Notes under the pieces: generated by a model
Database searches by the model: none
Told to the model about the DNA's origin: nothing
The model's input: the letters and a program-made list of their open reading frames with translations, nothing else
NCBI RefSeq assembly: GCF_000014265.1
Contig: NC_008312.1
Location: forward strand, 2,460,001-2,492,000
From: Trichodesmium erythraeum IMS101
Lineage (GTDB): Bacteria > Cyanobacteriota > Cyanobacteriia > Cyanobacteriales > Microcoleaceae
Length of the DNA stretch: 32,000 nt
Reading direction: 5' to 3'
Translations under genes and position numbers: made by a program
Part shown: in pieces, positions 1 to 10,210 of the stretch
How the letters are laid out: the number at the start of each line of letters is the position of its first letter
Numbering within the stretch: position 1 is the first letter of the stretch

Positions 1-1564
1 CAAAGACAAAGAATTACTGAGAAAAGCTAAAGTTTTTATCATCAAATAGAACTTTGAGTATTCGAGAGTGGAACAACTTTTGTTTAAATATTTCTCAAGT
101 ATTATCAAACATTTTCCCAAAAGATAATCTTAGATTCAGATGTAATTTATCTACCAAACTTTACTAGAATAGGCTGCGTTTTAGAAATCCCTTAGTCTCG
201 AATTTAAGAAATTCCTGATACTGAATAATTTTTATAGTTTAAATATCAGTAAAAAAATATTTAAGTATGAAACATTACGGCTCAAATTTACGGCTCAAAC
301 AAGTCAGTATGTTTTGAGATTTATTTTCTTATTTATTGACTTAGTTTAATCTTACTAATTACTCAATTTTTAGCTAAACTCTTATATTGAGTTTTTTTTA
401 TCATAAACTAGAATTTTTATCAAATTTAAAAACTTATTGATTTTTAGTGGTACTCAGCAGGATATAAAATTAATTTTTGAGAAATGCGGGTAGTCCTTTG
501 ACCTGTATTAGATAACTTAGCATTTATCAAATAATTACAGTTCACAACCAAAATACTTCTAAGTATCAAAAAAGTACAAAGTCAAACTTGAAATGTCAAA
601 GATAAAGAATTGATGTATAATCAAACATCAAGTTATAAAATAGCTGTAAAAAAATCAGATTAAAAAAGAGATAAGAGGAGATAGGGATACTAATGCTTAT
701 TGTTTTACCTTCTTCTCGTATTACGTATCCGATGCTATGAATACTCAATTTGTGCCCTTGATGAATCAACCTATTAAAATCTGAATTTGGCCAAACTCAA
801 AATTATTTTTTTTAGTTAATAGTTAGGCGATCGCTATTTAGGTGTTAAATACTAGGTTTTAGGTTTTAGTTCTAAAAATTAATAAGTTGATAATATCTTA
901 CTACCAAATCTATTGATTTTGGCCCGTTAAATCTCGATAACTTTTTACTTCAATCATTTTCTATCTTTGCTATCTACCACTAAACCACCAAAGCTACTAA
1001 CTATCTTTGCTATCTACCACTAAACAACTGAACCAGTAAGCTTAATAAAACTTAACATATTTGGCAGTACTAATGGTTAGTTAGCAAAACAATAACACTT
1101 AGTAAAACTATGTATTGAAAAAGAATAACTAAAAAATTCTCTGATAGCAGTCGAGGCTTTAAACCCAATTTTTCAGTAAATAATACTATTTCGGAAAAAC
1201 TCTTCTATCTGTACTATTTATTGGGGGTAAAGATATTGCATAGATCATCGAGTTGGGTTGTGGGAGTAGGGAAATTGGATAAAGACATCCGGACAACTTA
1301 ATAATAATTAATATACTCGGGGGAGTGCTAGCTACTAAAAAAGTTGTTTGGTCTGTATTAATTACTTAATAATTACAAAGTAACCTGACTGTAGCATTAT
1401 TTTCAGGAATTGATGTAACAAAGTTTATTTTTACCCAGGATGACTAACATTGAAAAAAAGAAAAACTTAAAGTATGGTAGCCTGAAAGCTGTATAAAAAT
1501 CCCTATACTCTAGCCCAAGACTAACAGATGAATTAATAAAAAAGCTCAGTGTGGAGTCAAGAAA

Positions 1565-3970
1565 GTGAAACAGCAAATTCAATTTAGTGGTGGACTTTTG
1601 ACTGGAGTTGCGGCTATAATTATGGCCCAGACCCCAGCTTTTGCAGTAACCAAAATAACCCAAGTTAAGTTAAATTCAGTAGATGGAGGAATTAATATCC
1701 TCTTATCTACTAGTAATGGCGATCGCCCGGAAGTATTCTCAGTCAACAGAGATAACTCTTTTGTGGCAGACATAATTAATACTCAACTAACCCTACCCCA
1801 GGGCAATAAATTTCGGAAAGATAATCCAGCTCCTGGTATAGAATATGTAGAAGTAATACAGGTGGATGCTAATAGCGTGCGGGTAGTTATCCGAGGTACA
1901 GACAGTCCTCCTAGAGGTAGAATTATCCAAGGAGCAGGCCAAGGAATTATTCTTAGTGTGGCTGCTAGCTCAGGAGAAATAGCTCAAAGACCTCAACCTA
2001 ATAGTTTTCCCCCTCCCGATCAAGTAGCACCTCCTCCCTTAGAACCCCCAAATTTACCTGTACAACCTGAAAGAAATTTAGCACCGCCAAGAGAAACAGT
2101 TAGAACCCAAGAAAAAGTATTATTACCAGATTCAGGACTAACTGGAGATGGTTTTCCTAATCTACCAGGACAACCATCCCCCAGTCAAGTACCACCTTTT
2201 TTGCCACGAGCAGTAGCACCACCAGTAGGAGATATAGCAATATCTAATATCAACCCTTCGGTAGAAGTTATAGATTTAAGTACCCAAGAAAAAATACCTC
2301 GTTTAGTATTGCGAGATGCTCCAGTTAGAGATGTTTTGGCTTTACTAGCTAGGGCAGCAGGATTAAACATTGCTTATAGTTCAGGTAAAGAAAAACAAGC
2401 AGGAGCAGAAGAGGAACAGACTATTTCTCTAGATATTGAGAATGAGCCAGTTCAAGATGTTTTTAATTATGTTTTACGTTTAAGCGGGTTAGAAGCAAAC
2501 CGAGTAGGTAATACAATATTTGTGGGGCAAGAGTTACCAACACAAGCTAGAAATGTTGTGGTTCGTTCCTTCCGTCTAAACCAAGTTACTGCAAAAGCTG
2601 CAGCAGGTTTTTTAGTCAGTCTAGGAGCAGAAAGTGCCTCTGTAACAAGCAAAACTGTAACTGAAACTGACGAAGTTGAGATTGATGATAAGAAACTTAA
2701 AAAGACTAAAATCACTGAAGATACAGTTGTTGAGCCACTACGCTACGAGCCCAAAGATGCCCCCCCAATATTGAAAGGTTTACAAGTAGCGACTGATGAT
2801 CGACTCAACAGTATTACCTTAGTTGGTTCGCCGCAAAAGGTAGAAATAGCAGCAGCCCAATTAATTCAATTAGATTTAAGACAACGGCAAGTAGCTGTAA
2901 ATGTCAAAGTTATAGATATTAATTTAGTAGCGGAAGAAAATTTTAATAGTAGTTTTTCTTTTGGAGTGAATGACACTTTCTTTATTAACGATAATGGGGC
3001 AGCATCTCTAAATTTTGGCAGTCTCCAACCGGCTACTCGAGCACAGCAGACTACCAGTTTTCCTCTGGCTCGTCCTGTTACTGGTAACCCACTTGTTGGA
3101 GACCCTTTCTATGATAGCCAACGTAGCTTTGAGGTCCCATCAACGGGTTTCCCTAATGTTAATCAGGGTAGAGGTACTTTTCTCAGACCAATAGCTCCTA
3201 CAACAGGGGAACCTACAAGAGTTGGTATTAGAGATTATACACCATCAGACGTAGGTGTTAATCCTACTAATGGACTATTAGACGTAACACCAGGAAATGC
3301 AGACTTTGGTTTGTTCCCCCAAATTTTGTATCCTAAAAGATTCCTCTCCCAGTTGCGGGCTACTATTGTAAGTGGTAATGCTAAAATTCTTACCGATCCA
3401 ACTTTAGTGGTTCAAGAAGGGGAAGTAGCTAGTCTCAAACTTGTAAATAATATCGTCAGAAGTATTGACAGTAATTTTACAGATGATGGGGGTACGAGTC
3501 GAGAAACTAGAACTGTTCAGTTTGAAGATGTAGGTTTGAACCTCGTTATACAGGTGGAGAGAATAGACGATAATGGCTTCGTAACTGTAACGGTAAATCC
3601 AGAAGTAAGCTTTATTTCGGACAGGGTACGAACAGATGCTAATAATTCAAGTGAATTTGGTACAGAAATTGCCAGCCGTAAGGTACAATCTGGTAGAATT
3701 CGTCTACGGGATGGACAAACTCTAATTATTTCTGGCATTATTCAAGAGCAAGAAAGAACAGCAGTAACTAAGGTACCTCTTTTGGGAGATTTACCAATTA
3801 TTGGTGCTCTCTTCCGCAGTAGTCAAAATCAAAATGAACGAGCAGAGACAATAGTGCTACTCACACCTCAAATACTCGATGATGGCGATCGCTCCTCTTG
3901 GGGCTACCGATATAACCCAAGCCCAGATGCTTTGCAAATGATGGAAAGGGGGCAGCCCAGACCACGCTAA
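1565..3970 (+). CDS. pilQ: Type IV pilus secretin PilQ (AMIN domain plus secretin)
   Basis: 801 aa ORF with a GTG start and GGAG about 9 nt upstream. It has an N-terminal signal peptide (..IIMAQTPAFA), an AMIN-like beta domain, a long Pro-rich linker, secretin N-domains, and a C-terminal secretin signature (VTKVPLLGDLPIIGALFRSS..ETIVLLTPQIL). Confidence 0.85.
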   Translation: MKQQIQFSGGLLTGVAAIIMAQTPAFAVTKITQVKLNSVDGGINILLSTSNGDRPEVFSVNRDNSFVADIINTQLTLPQGNKFRKDNPAPGIEYVEVIQVDANSVRVVIRGTDSPPRGRIIQGAGQGIILSVAASSGEIAQRPQPNSFPPPDQVAPPPLEPPNLPVQPERNLAPPRETVRTQEKVLLPDSGLTGDGFPNLPGQPSPSQVPPFLPRAVAPPVGDIAISNINPSVEVIDLSTQEKIPRLVLRDAPVRDVLALLARAAGLNIAYSSGKEKQAGAEEEQTISLDIENEPVQDVFNYVLRLSGLEANRVGNTIFVGQELPTQARNVVVRSFRLNQVTAKAAAGFLVSLGAESASVTSKTVTETDEVEIDDKKLKKTKITEDTVVEPLRYEPKDAPPILKGLQVATDDRLNSITLVGSPQKVEIAAAQLIQLDLRQRQVAVNVKVIDINLVAEENFNSSFSFGVNDTFFINDNGAASLNFGSLQPATRAQQTTSFPLARPVTGNPLVGDPFYDSQRSFEVPSTGFPNVNQGRGTFLRPIAPTTGEPTRVGIRDYTPSDVGVNPTNGLLDVTPGNADFGLFPQILYPKRFLSQLRATIVSGNAKILTDPTLVVQEGEVASLKLVNNIVRSIDSNFTDDGGTSRETRTVQFEDVGLNLVIQVERIDDNGFVTVTVNPEVSFISDRVRTDANNSSEFGTEIASRKVQSGRIRLRDGQTLIISGIIQEQERTAVTKVPLLGDLPIIGALFRSSQNQNERAETIVLLTPQILDDGDRSSWGYRYNPSPDALQMMERGQPRPR

Positions 3971-4033
3971 AGTTAAATGTAAGGGATGGTCTATGTTGCT
4001 CAATTTGAACCATCTCATTTGACTTTATTTCCC

Positions 4034-4059
4034 AAAAAAACTAAGACGTCTTAGTTTTT
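4034..4059 (+). terminator. Candidate bidirectional intrinsic terminator downstream of pilQ
   Basis: An A7 run, the perfect palindrome CTAAGACGTCTTAG and a T5 run lie 64 nt after the pilQ stop. The stem is short and AT-rich, so the call is weak. The same motif recurs at 4408-4432. Confidence 0.3.
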
Positions 4060-4100
4060 AGTCACTATCTCAGGACACTAAACTCTAATGGTTAACTAAT
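4035..4100 (+). repeat. Dispersed ~65 bp repeat, copy 1 (contains the CTAAGACGTCTTAG palindrome)
   Basis: AAAAACTAAGACGTCTTAGTTTTTAGTCACTATCTCAGGACACTAAACTC.. closely matches 4408-4473 in the same orientation, offset by 373 bp. Confidence 0.8.
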
Positions 4101-4407
4101 TTCTATTTTTGATTATATATTAGCAAACAGTTAAGGCTAAACAGCCTTGACTAAAGAACTGCTTCTAACTCAGTTAGTATGAATTTAGGTAAAACTTTTA
4201 CTAAAAATTTAGTTTTAAAACCTCTATCATAAGCAAAAAAATTTATCCTTGTCTTTTTTTAGTTTATATGTTAGTTTAAACTACTATTTTTTCTCTAGCA
4301 AGGGTAGTCTGGGACAAAAAAACAGACAAACATTGTAAGGGTAACCCAACTCTTTAGTTGCCCTCGACTTAACTCCTAAGAAGCTGAGTGTAATGTTTTA
4401 CTTATGA

Positions 4408-4473
4408 GAAAAACTAAGACGTCTTAGTTTATAGTCACTCTCTCAGGATACTAAACTCCAAAATTAACTGATA
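4408..4473 (+). repeat. Dispersed ~65 bp repeat, copy 2
   Basis: GAAAAACTAAGACGTCTTAGTTTATAGTCACTCTCTCAGGATACTAAACTC.. differs from copy 1 by only a few substitutions over the first ~50 nt. Confidence 0.8.
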
Positions 4474-4952
4474 ATCAATTTTTAGCTCTTAACTATAATG
4501 ATAAGTTATTCATTCCCAAAATAAATATTAATATGTAGAGCTCAAGAAAATGAGTTTTGACACCCTACAAAAATCTAGAATCTAGTAAAAAAAAGTCCTT
4601 TAATCAATCAACAACAGTCTTGAGAGGCCAAAAATATCATTAAAAACTAAATAAAAACCAAAGAAGTCTAGAAATCTAGATAAATTTACATATTTCATGA
4701 CTCCATATCACCCAAGTACAGATTAGAATAAACCAGTGAAAGCTAGACATTATAGGGTTTTCAGCAAAAATATTTAGATGTTATCCTTATTCCTGTTGGT
4801 TATTATTAGCAAGAGGATACGGGAAAGCATTATGATTCAAAGAGTCTGAGGTTTTTTTAAGAGAAAACAAAGGTTGAAGTTAATCAAAAAAAAGCCTAAT
4901 AGTTGAAAACCTATTTATGGTATGTAAAGACCTGACATGCTTGAATTATGCA

Positions 4953-4980
4953 TTTACTGATAACTAAACCCTGCTAGAAT
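4953..4980 (+). promoter_or_regulatory. Candidate sigma70-type promoter of hup
   Basis: TTTACT (-35-like), a 16 nt spacer ending in TGC, then TAGAAT, which gives an extended -10 (TGnTAGAAT). It sits about 35 nt upstream of the hup ATG. An AGGAG RBS lies at 5001-5005. This is a sequence match only. Confidence 0.3.
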
Positions 4981-5012
4981 ATCTTGTCCACTATAAAAAA
5001 AGGAGTATCTCA

Positions 5013-5300
5013 ATGAACAAAGGTGAATTAGTTGATGAAATATCAAAAAAAGCTGAAGTCACGAAAAAGCAAGCCGATGCTGTACTAAGTGCAGCCCTAG
5101 AAGCTATAATGGATGCTGTGGCTAGCGGGGACAAAGTTACCTTAGTTGGTTTTGGTTCATTTGAATCTAGAGAACGTAAAGCCAGAGAGGGCCGTAATCC
5201 CAAAACAGGTGACAAAATGGAAATACCTGAAACTACAGTGCCTGCTTTTTCTGCGGGCAAATCTTTCAAAGAGTTAGTTGCCGAAAGAAACGGTAAATAA
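5013..5300 (+). CDS. hup: HU family nucleoid-associated DNA-binding protein
   Basis: The 95 aa ORF matches HU/IHF along its whole length (MNKGELVD..; GFGSFESRERKAREGRNPKTGDKMEIPETTVPAFSAGK). A strong AGGAG RBS lies 7 nt upstream. Confidence 0.92.
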   Translation: MNKGELVDEISKKAEVTKKQADAVLSAALEAIMDAVASGDKVTLVGFGSFESRERKAREGRNPKTGDKMEIPETTVPAFSAGKSFKELVAERNGK

Positions 5301-6384
5301 TTATTATCCAGCTTTGAGTAAACCATTACACGGAGGAAACTTAGCTTGGGCGGCCACAGTAGCAGGTTGCCCGATGTCTGCTATTGTTGATTTCTCGGCT
5401 AGTATTAATCCTCTGGGGCTACCTGATTCTGCTATCCAAGCTATTCAAACTAATATCAGCAAACTTGGAGCTTATCCAGACCCTAATTATCAGGAATTAA
5501 AAAAGGCTCTTAGTTTGGCTCATCCTCCTCTGACTTCAGAGTGGATATTGCCTGGCAATGGTGCAGCCGAATTATTAACTTGGGCGGCCCTAGATTTATC
5601 AAAGCTGGAAGCTGTTTATTTACTAACTCCCGCTTTTGGTGACTATAGACGCGCTTTAAAAACTTTTACAGCTAATGTAATTGAATGTCCCCTAAAAGTT
5701 GGGGAATCGAAATTAACTGAATTACAAGAATTACAGATAGAAATTGACACAGATAAAGGACTACTGCTCAATAACCCTCATAATCCTACGGGATTATTGA
5801 TGGAAGTGGAAACAATAGTCCCTTTTTTAGAAAAGTTTGGTTTAGTAGTGGTAGATGAAGCATTTATGGACTTTTTACCACCACCCCAAGCTCAAAGCTT
5901 GGTGCCACTGGTAACTAAATTTCATAATTTGGTTATTTTACGCTCTCTGACTAAATTTTACAGTTTACCTGGATTAAGGCTAGGTTATGCAATTTCTCAT
6001 CCTGAACGCCTTCGGAAATGGCAAAAGTGGCGAGATCCTTGGCCTGTAAATACTTTAGCTATAGCTGCTGCCCAAGCAGTTCTAGAAGACCAAGTTTTTC
6101 AACAGCAAACTTGGGATTGGTTAGCAGATGCTCGTCCTCAACTGTTCCAAGGTTTGGCAGAGTTACCTGGTTTACAGCCATGTCCTGGTGCAGCTAACTT
6201 TTTATTAGTCCACTCGGAAAAGTCTGTTGATTGGCTACAGACAACATTACTGAAAAAGCATAGAATTTTAATTAGAGATGGGTCCAGTTTTCCAGAATTG
6301 GGCGATCGCTATTTTCGAGTTGCTGTTCGTACCCAAGAAGATAATCAAAAGTTAGTTGATGCTTTGGGACAAATTTTGAAGTAA
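5278..6384 (+). CDS. cobD: L-threonine-O-3-phosphate decarboxylase (CobD, class I/II aminotransferase fold; cobalamin biosynthesis)
   Basis: It matches remembered Salmonella CobD blocks: an N-terminal HGGN.., ..DFSASINPLG.P, NNPHNPTG, the PLP-lysine block LRSLTKFYSLPGLRLGY, and YFRVAVR. The start is uncertain. The TTG at 5278 overlaps hup by 23 nt. The TTG at 5314 (MSKPLHGGN) is 14 nt after the hup stop and fits the family N-terminus better. Confidence 0.85.
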   Translation: MPKETVNNYYPALSKPLHGGNLAWAATVAGCPMSAIVDFSASINPLGLPDSAIQAIQTNISKLGAYPDPNYQELKKALSLAHPPLTSEWILPGNGAAELLTWAALDLSKLEAVYLLTPAFGDYRRALKTFTANVIECPLKVGESKLTELQELQIEIDTDKGLLLNNPHNPTGLLMEVETIVPFLEKFGLVVVDEAFMDFLPPPQAQSLVPLVTKFHNLVILRSLTKFYSLPGLRLGYAISHPERLRKWQKWRDPWPVNTLAIAAAQAVLEDQVFQQQTWDWLADARPQLFQGLAELPGLQPCPGAANFLLVHSEKSVDWLQTTLLKKHRILIRDGSSFPELGDRYFRVAVRTQEDNQKLVDALGQILK

Positions 6385-6519
6385 TTGAAATAAGTTTTAG
6401 GTAAGTAGGTAGGTATAAAGAAATCTGACAAATAAAAAAAATCGGAAAAAGAACTTAGAAGTAACTTTTTAAATGATTCTCACCTTGTGGGAATTGACCT
6501 TACTATTTGATAGATGATT

Positions 6520-6543
6520 AAACCTACTTATTAAGTAGGTTTT
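6520..6543 (+). terminator. Candidate intrinsic terminator after cobD
   Basis: Near-perfect 23 nt palindrome AAACCTACTTA-T-TAAGTAGGTTT followed by T, 136 nt after the cobD stop. The U-tract is mostly part of the stem. Confidence 0.35.
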
Positions 6544-6636
6544 GAGTATTAGGTTAGTACCTAGGGATGCTTTGAGATTTTTAAGTTCAAAAATAGCTTA
6601 AAACTCAATAGGGACAAAGAAAAAAAATTATAGATT

Positions 6637-8106
6637 ATGCTGGATTACGATGTAGTAATTGTAGGTGGAACAATAACAGGTATTTATGCAGCTATCACTG
6701 CAACAAAACTTCAAGGTCGTGTTGCTCTTATACAACCTCCTCCTACGGAAATAAATACAGTTACTTCCCCAATTTTTAGTAATACTCAAGGATTTAATCA
6801 CAACAAAATTATCAGTAAAATAGCAAATTTTGTCGAACAAATACACCACAAAAAACAGTTTGGTATTTATGAGGGAACTGATGATTCTGGAGAAGTTTGG
6901 GTAAAGTTTCAAGAAGCTAAAAAGTATGCTGATTATGTAGTGAATAATCAATTAGCTAAATATGAACCAGAAGTTTTAGCAACTTTAGGAATAGACGTGA
7001 TTTTTGGTGAGGGAAAGTTTGTCGATCGCCCAAAACTTGCTTTTGTTGTTAAAGGAAGACATCTACGCTCACGCAAATATTTATTAGCTACTCCATCTCA
7101 GCCTATAATACCAGCAATTCCTGGATTAATAAGTACTGGATTTATTACTCCCGAAGAAATTCAAGAACTATCAAAGGTTCCCGAAACTTTAGCTGTTATT
7201 GGTGGGGACCCCAGCGGAATAGAAATAGCACAAAGTTTTTCTCGCTTAGGAACTCAAGTAACTATAGTAGTCAAAAATTCTCATATTTTAGGTAAAGAAG
7301 ATTCAGAAGCAGCATTTTTAGTTCAAGCTCAGTTAGAAGCTGAAGGTATTAGAATATTAACTCAAACAGAAGTATCTCAAGTGAGAAAAATTAAGAATAA
7401 AAAATGGATTTTAGCAAGAAATGAAGCTATAGAGGTAGATGAAATTATCTTGGCAGCAGGTAATAAAGCAAATCTGCAAACTTTAAATTTAGAAGCAGTA
7501 GGAGTCAAGTTTAATGGTCATAAATTGTTATTAAATAAAAAGCTACAAACTAGCAATTATCGAATTTATGGTTGTGGAGATTTAATGGGTGGATATTCAT
7601 TTCGCCATGTTGCTAATTATGAAGCTAGAGTAGCAATAAAAAATATTCTCTATTTACCTATTTTTTCAGTTAATTATAGTGGTATTCCTTGGGCAATATT
7701 TTCAGATCCACAATTAGCAAGAGTTGGTTTAACTGAGCAACAAGCTAGACGACGTTATGGAGAAAATGTATTTGTTCATCGGCAATATCTCAAACATCAA
7801 GATTGGGCACAAATTTTAAATAAAACAACAGGATATTGTAAAATAGTAGGTCATAGTAATGGTAAAATTTTAGGTGTTTCAGTGGTAGGAAATCAAGCAA
7901 GTGAGATAATTCATGTGATGGCATTAGCTATTCGTGAAGGAATAACAATAGAAGCGATCGCTGACTTACCTCATATTTGGCCAACAGCATCAGAGATTAA
8001 TGGTCAAACAGCAACAGTATGGTTAAGGCAAAAACGAGAGAATAATAAAATAGTTAAAGATTGTTTGTTAAATTTATTTCATTGGCGACGTTCCTTGATA
8101 GAATAG
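6637..8106 (+). CDS. Pyridine nucleotide-disulfide oxidoreductase family protein (dihydrolipoamide dehydrogenase / MerA-like fold), atypical
   Basis: 489 aa with the typical family layout: an N-terminal YDVVIVGG.. beta-alpha-beta, a second Rossmann motif (LAVIGGDPSGIEIAQ), the YGCGD FAD motif, and a C-terminal dimerisation domain (..LPHIWPTASE). The CxxxxC redox pair is absent and both GxGxxG motifs are degenerate. Confidence 0.75.
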   Translation: MLDYDVVIVGGTITGIYAAITATKLQGRVALIQPPPTEINTVTSPIFSNTQGFNHNKIISKIANFVEQIHHKKQFGIYEGTDDSGEVWVKFQEAKKYADYVVNNQLAKYEPEVLATLGIDVIFGEGKFVDRPKLAFVVKGRHLRSRKYLLATPSQPIIPAIPGLISTGFITPEEIQELSKVPETLAVIGGDPSGIEIAQSFSRLGTQVTIVVKNSHILGKEDSEAAFLVQAQLEAEGIRILTQTEVSQVRKIKNKKWILARNEAIEVDEIILAAGNKANLQTLNLEAVGVKFNGHKLLLNKKLQTSNYRIYGCGDLMGGYSFRHVANYEARVAIKNILYLPIFSVNYSGIPWAIFSDPQLARVGLTEQQARRRYGENVFVHRQYLKHQDWAQILNKTTGYCKIVGHSNGKILGVSVVGNQASEIIHVMALAIREGITIEAIADLPHIWPTASEINGQTATVWLRQKRENNKIVKDCLLNLFHWRRSLIE

Positions 8107-8309
8107 TTAGCTCAGGAGTTAGGAGTTAAGGTATTAAAGTGTAAGATTTAAATAGGGTAAATATCACAGGAATGATAGGATAAATAATATTGAAACTCTA
8201 ATTTTTCTGAAATACTAAGGCATAACTTTTAAGGGTATTTCAAACTCCACAACTAATATTTTACCTTGCTATGCTTAAGGGACCTAAGTGTAGTCACAGT
8301 TTATAAACT

Positions 8310-9143
8310 ATGCACAGGATATTAACAGGCCCATTACAAGTAGATCGCTTAACCCTAAAAATTAATGGGTTGCCTCAAAATTTACAAGGGACAAAACTCG
8401 TACAACTGTCAGACTTCCACTATGACAGAAAGCGACTATCTGAATGGTTACTTACTAGAGCGATCGCTATTACCAATAAAGTTGAACCAGATTTAATTTT
8501 ACTGACAGGAGATTTTATCACTGATGAACCTACACCTGTAGATGATCTGGTATTGCGGTTGAAAGATCTTAAAAGTCGCGCTGGAGTTTATGCTGTCCTT
8601 GGTAATCATGATGAAGAATATCCAGGTGCTAGGGATAAAGTTATAGAAGCTTTTACTCGTGTTGAGATTCCCATTCTACTGAACCAAGTCGTTTATCCTC
8701 TGGGTTCAGGTTTAGCCTTAGTGGGGTTAGAAGATTATTGGTCTGCTAACTTCCAACCATTTCCAGTCATAGAGTCTATAAATAAAACAGTTCCTCGGAT
8801 TGTTTTATCTCACAATCCCGACACAGCTAAAGTATTACAAAAATGGCGTATTGATCTACAGCTATCAGGTCATACTCATGGAGGTCAGATTAGACTACCA
8901 TATCTCGGACCTCTAGCTCAGTTTAGAGAACCTATTCGTAAATTAATCCCCAAATTTCTACAGCCTGTTGTACCATTTATCGGAAAATGTGAGAAAATAG
9001 TTAAGTATTGGGAATGGTCTCAGGGATTGCATCAAATTGGAAATAACTTTTTATATGTGAATCGTGGTTTAGGAACTTATTTTCCAGGGAGATTATTTTG
9101 TCCTCCAGAAGTGACAATAATCACGTTAGTAACTAATTATTAA
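8310..9143 (+). CDS. Calcineurin-like metallophosphoesterase
   Basis: The ordered motifs SDFHYD, GDF, GNHD, SHNP and GHTHGGQ are characteristic of the metallophosphoesterase superfamily (YkuE/YaeI-like size, 277 aa). Confidence 0.8.
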   Translation: MHRILTGPLQVDRLTLKINGLPQNLQGTKLVQLSDFHYDRKRLSEWLLTRAIAITNKVEPDLILLTGDFITDEPTPVDDLVLRLKDLKSRAGVYAVLGNHDEEYPGARDKVIEAFTRVEIPILLNQVVYPLGSGLALVGLEDYWSANFQPFPVIESINKTVPRIVLSHNPDTAKVLQKWRIDLQLSGHTHGGQIRLPYLGPLAQFREPIRKLIPKFLQPVVPFIGKCEKIVKYWEWSQGLHQIGNNFLYVNRGLGTYFPGRLFCPPEVTIITLVTNY

Positions 9144-9749
9144 GGTTTGTAACTATTGTCTATAATTTTGACCTAGAGATCTCCAAAATCAAAAATCATT
9201 ACAAATTATAGTAGTTAACTATTTAAATACAATCCCAATTTGAATCAACTTTCACAAATATCAATATATCAATGACTATATAACTATATGAGCATATAAA
9301 GTTGCAAAATGCTATGAATTTTAGAGTTTTTTATTCTAAAAAAGAGTGCTAAAAATAAAAAAAAATGGGTAAAATATATGCAGTATATATATTTCAGCTA
9401 ATTACTATAGGTGCAAAAGTCAAATGAAAGAAATAACTTTAGTGGCCATGCCCTCTTTTTTCCATATAAGTTAGTATCGCCTTAGTCATATATTTAAAAT
9501 ATTCATATTACAAAACAGGTGTTAGATACTATTATAAAAGCAACTTCAAGAGGCATATAATTTTGGTATTTTGTGCTGATAAACTTATCATTTTTTTGCA
9601 TTGCTTAAGTGGGGGTAGAAGTAGTGGTTGGGTTAACAAAACTTTAGAGGTATTTCGTAGATCTATCTCTGAGAATTTTGTGGTATTGGTTAAATAAAAA
9701 AAAATTGAAGTATTTGCCCCTAATAAAGAGAATTGAGGATAGGTTTAGG

Positions 9750-9778
9750 TTGACAATTTGCTAAAGTCTTATTAATAG
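9750..9778 (+). promoter_or_regulatory. Candidate promoter of the mrp operon
   Basis: A perfect TTGACA (9750-9755), a 17 nt spacer and TAATAG (9773-9778) lie about 75 nt upstream of the mrpC ATG. This is a sequence match only, in AT-rich DNA. Confidence 0.2.
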
Positions 9779-9850
9779 ATTATTTGGTTATATTGCCTTG
9801 TAAGATATAAATATTTAAACCAATTATTAACTACTAAATACTGAAATTAT

Positions 9851-10195
9851 ATGTTAAGATTAGAAGCTTTGATACTTTTCACCGTATTATGTGGATTTTT
9901 CGGCATTATATTTAAGAAAAATTTGGTGATGAAAGTCATGTCAATGGATATTATGAGTACAGGGGTTATTGCTTATTATGTGTTGGTGGCATCACGAGAT
10001 GGTGTATTCACTCCTATTATAAGTGAAAGGGAAAATGTTGTTGCTTATTCGGATCCTGTGCCTCAAGCGGTTATATTAACTGCCATTGTTATTGGTTTTT
10101 CAATTCAAGCTTTAATGCTGGTGGGTGTGATCAAGTTGTCAAAGGATAATCCTACTCTAGAAGCTAATGTGATCGAAAAAAACAATCTGCCATAA
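9851..10195 (+). CDS. mrpC: Mrp-type cation/H+ antiporter subunit C (NuoK/4L-like)
   Basis: 114 aa protein with 3 TM segments and the MnhC/NuoK-like pattern. It is the first gene of a co-oriented mrp cluster. Confidence 0.8.
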   Translation: MLRLEALILFTVLCGFFGIIFKKNLVMKVMSMDIMSTGVIAYYVLVASRDGVFTPIISERENVVAYSDPVPQAVILTAIVIGFSIQALMLVGVIKLSKDNPTLEANVIEKNNLP

Positions 10196-10210
10196 CAATT
10201 GATAACTAAA

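Noticed and set aside
1403-3738. Antisense ORFs overlap pilQ (1403-1663, 1579-1773, 2185-2370, 2467-2715, 3517-3738).
   Set aside because: They are short and have low-complexity or unrecognisable translations. They are fully contained in the opposite strand of a well-supported 801 aa gene.
4991-5326. A 111 aa ORF lies antisense to hup.
   Set aside because: It is the mirror of the HU gene, which has a full-length family match and a strong RBS. The antisense ORF has neither.
6628-6951. A 107 aa minus-strand ORF overlaps the start of the oxidoreductase gene.
   Set aside because: It is an AT-rich, Ile/Phe/Tyr/Asn-dominated translation typical of a chance ORF, and it overlaps a supported gene.
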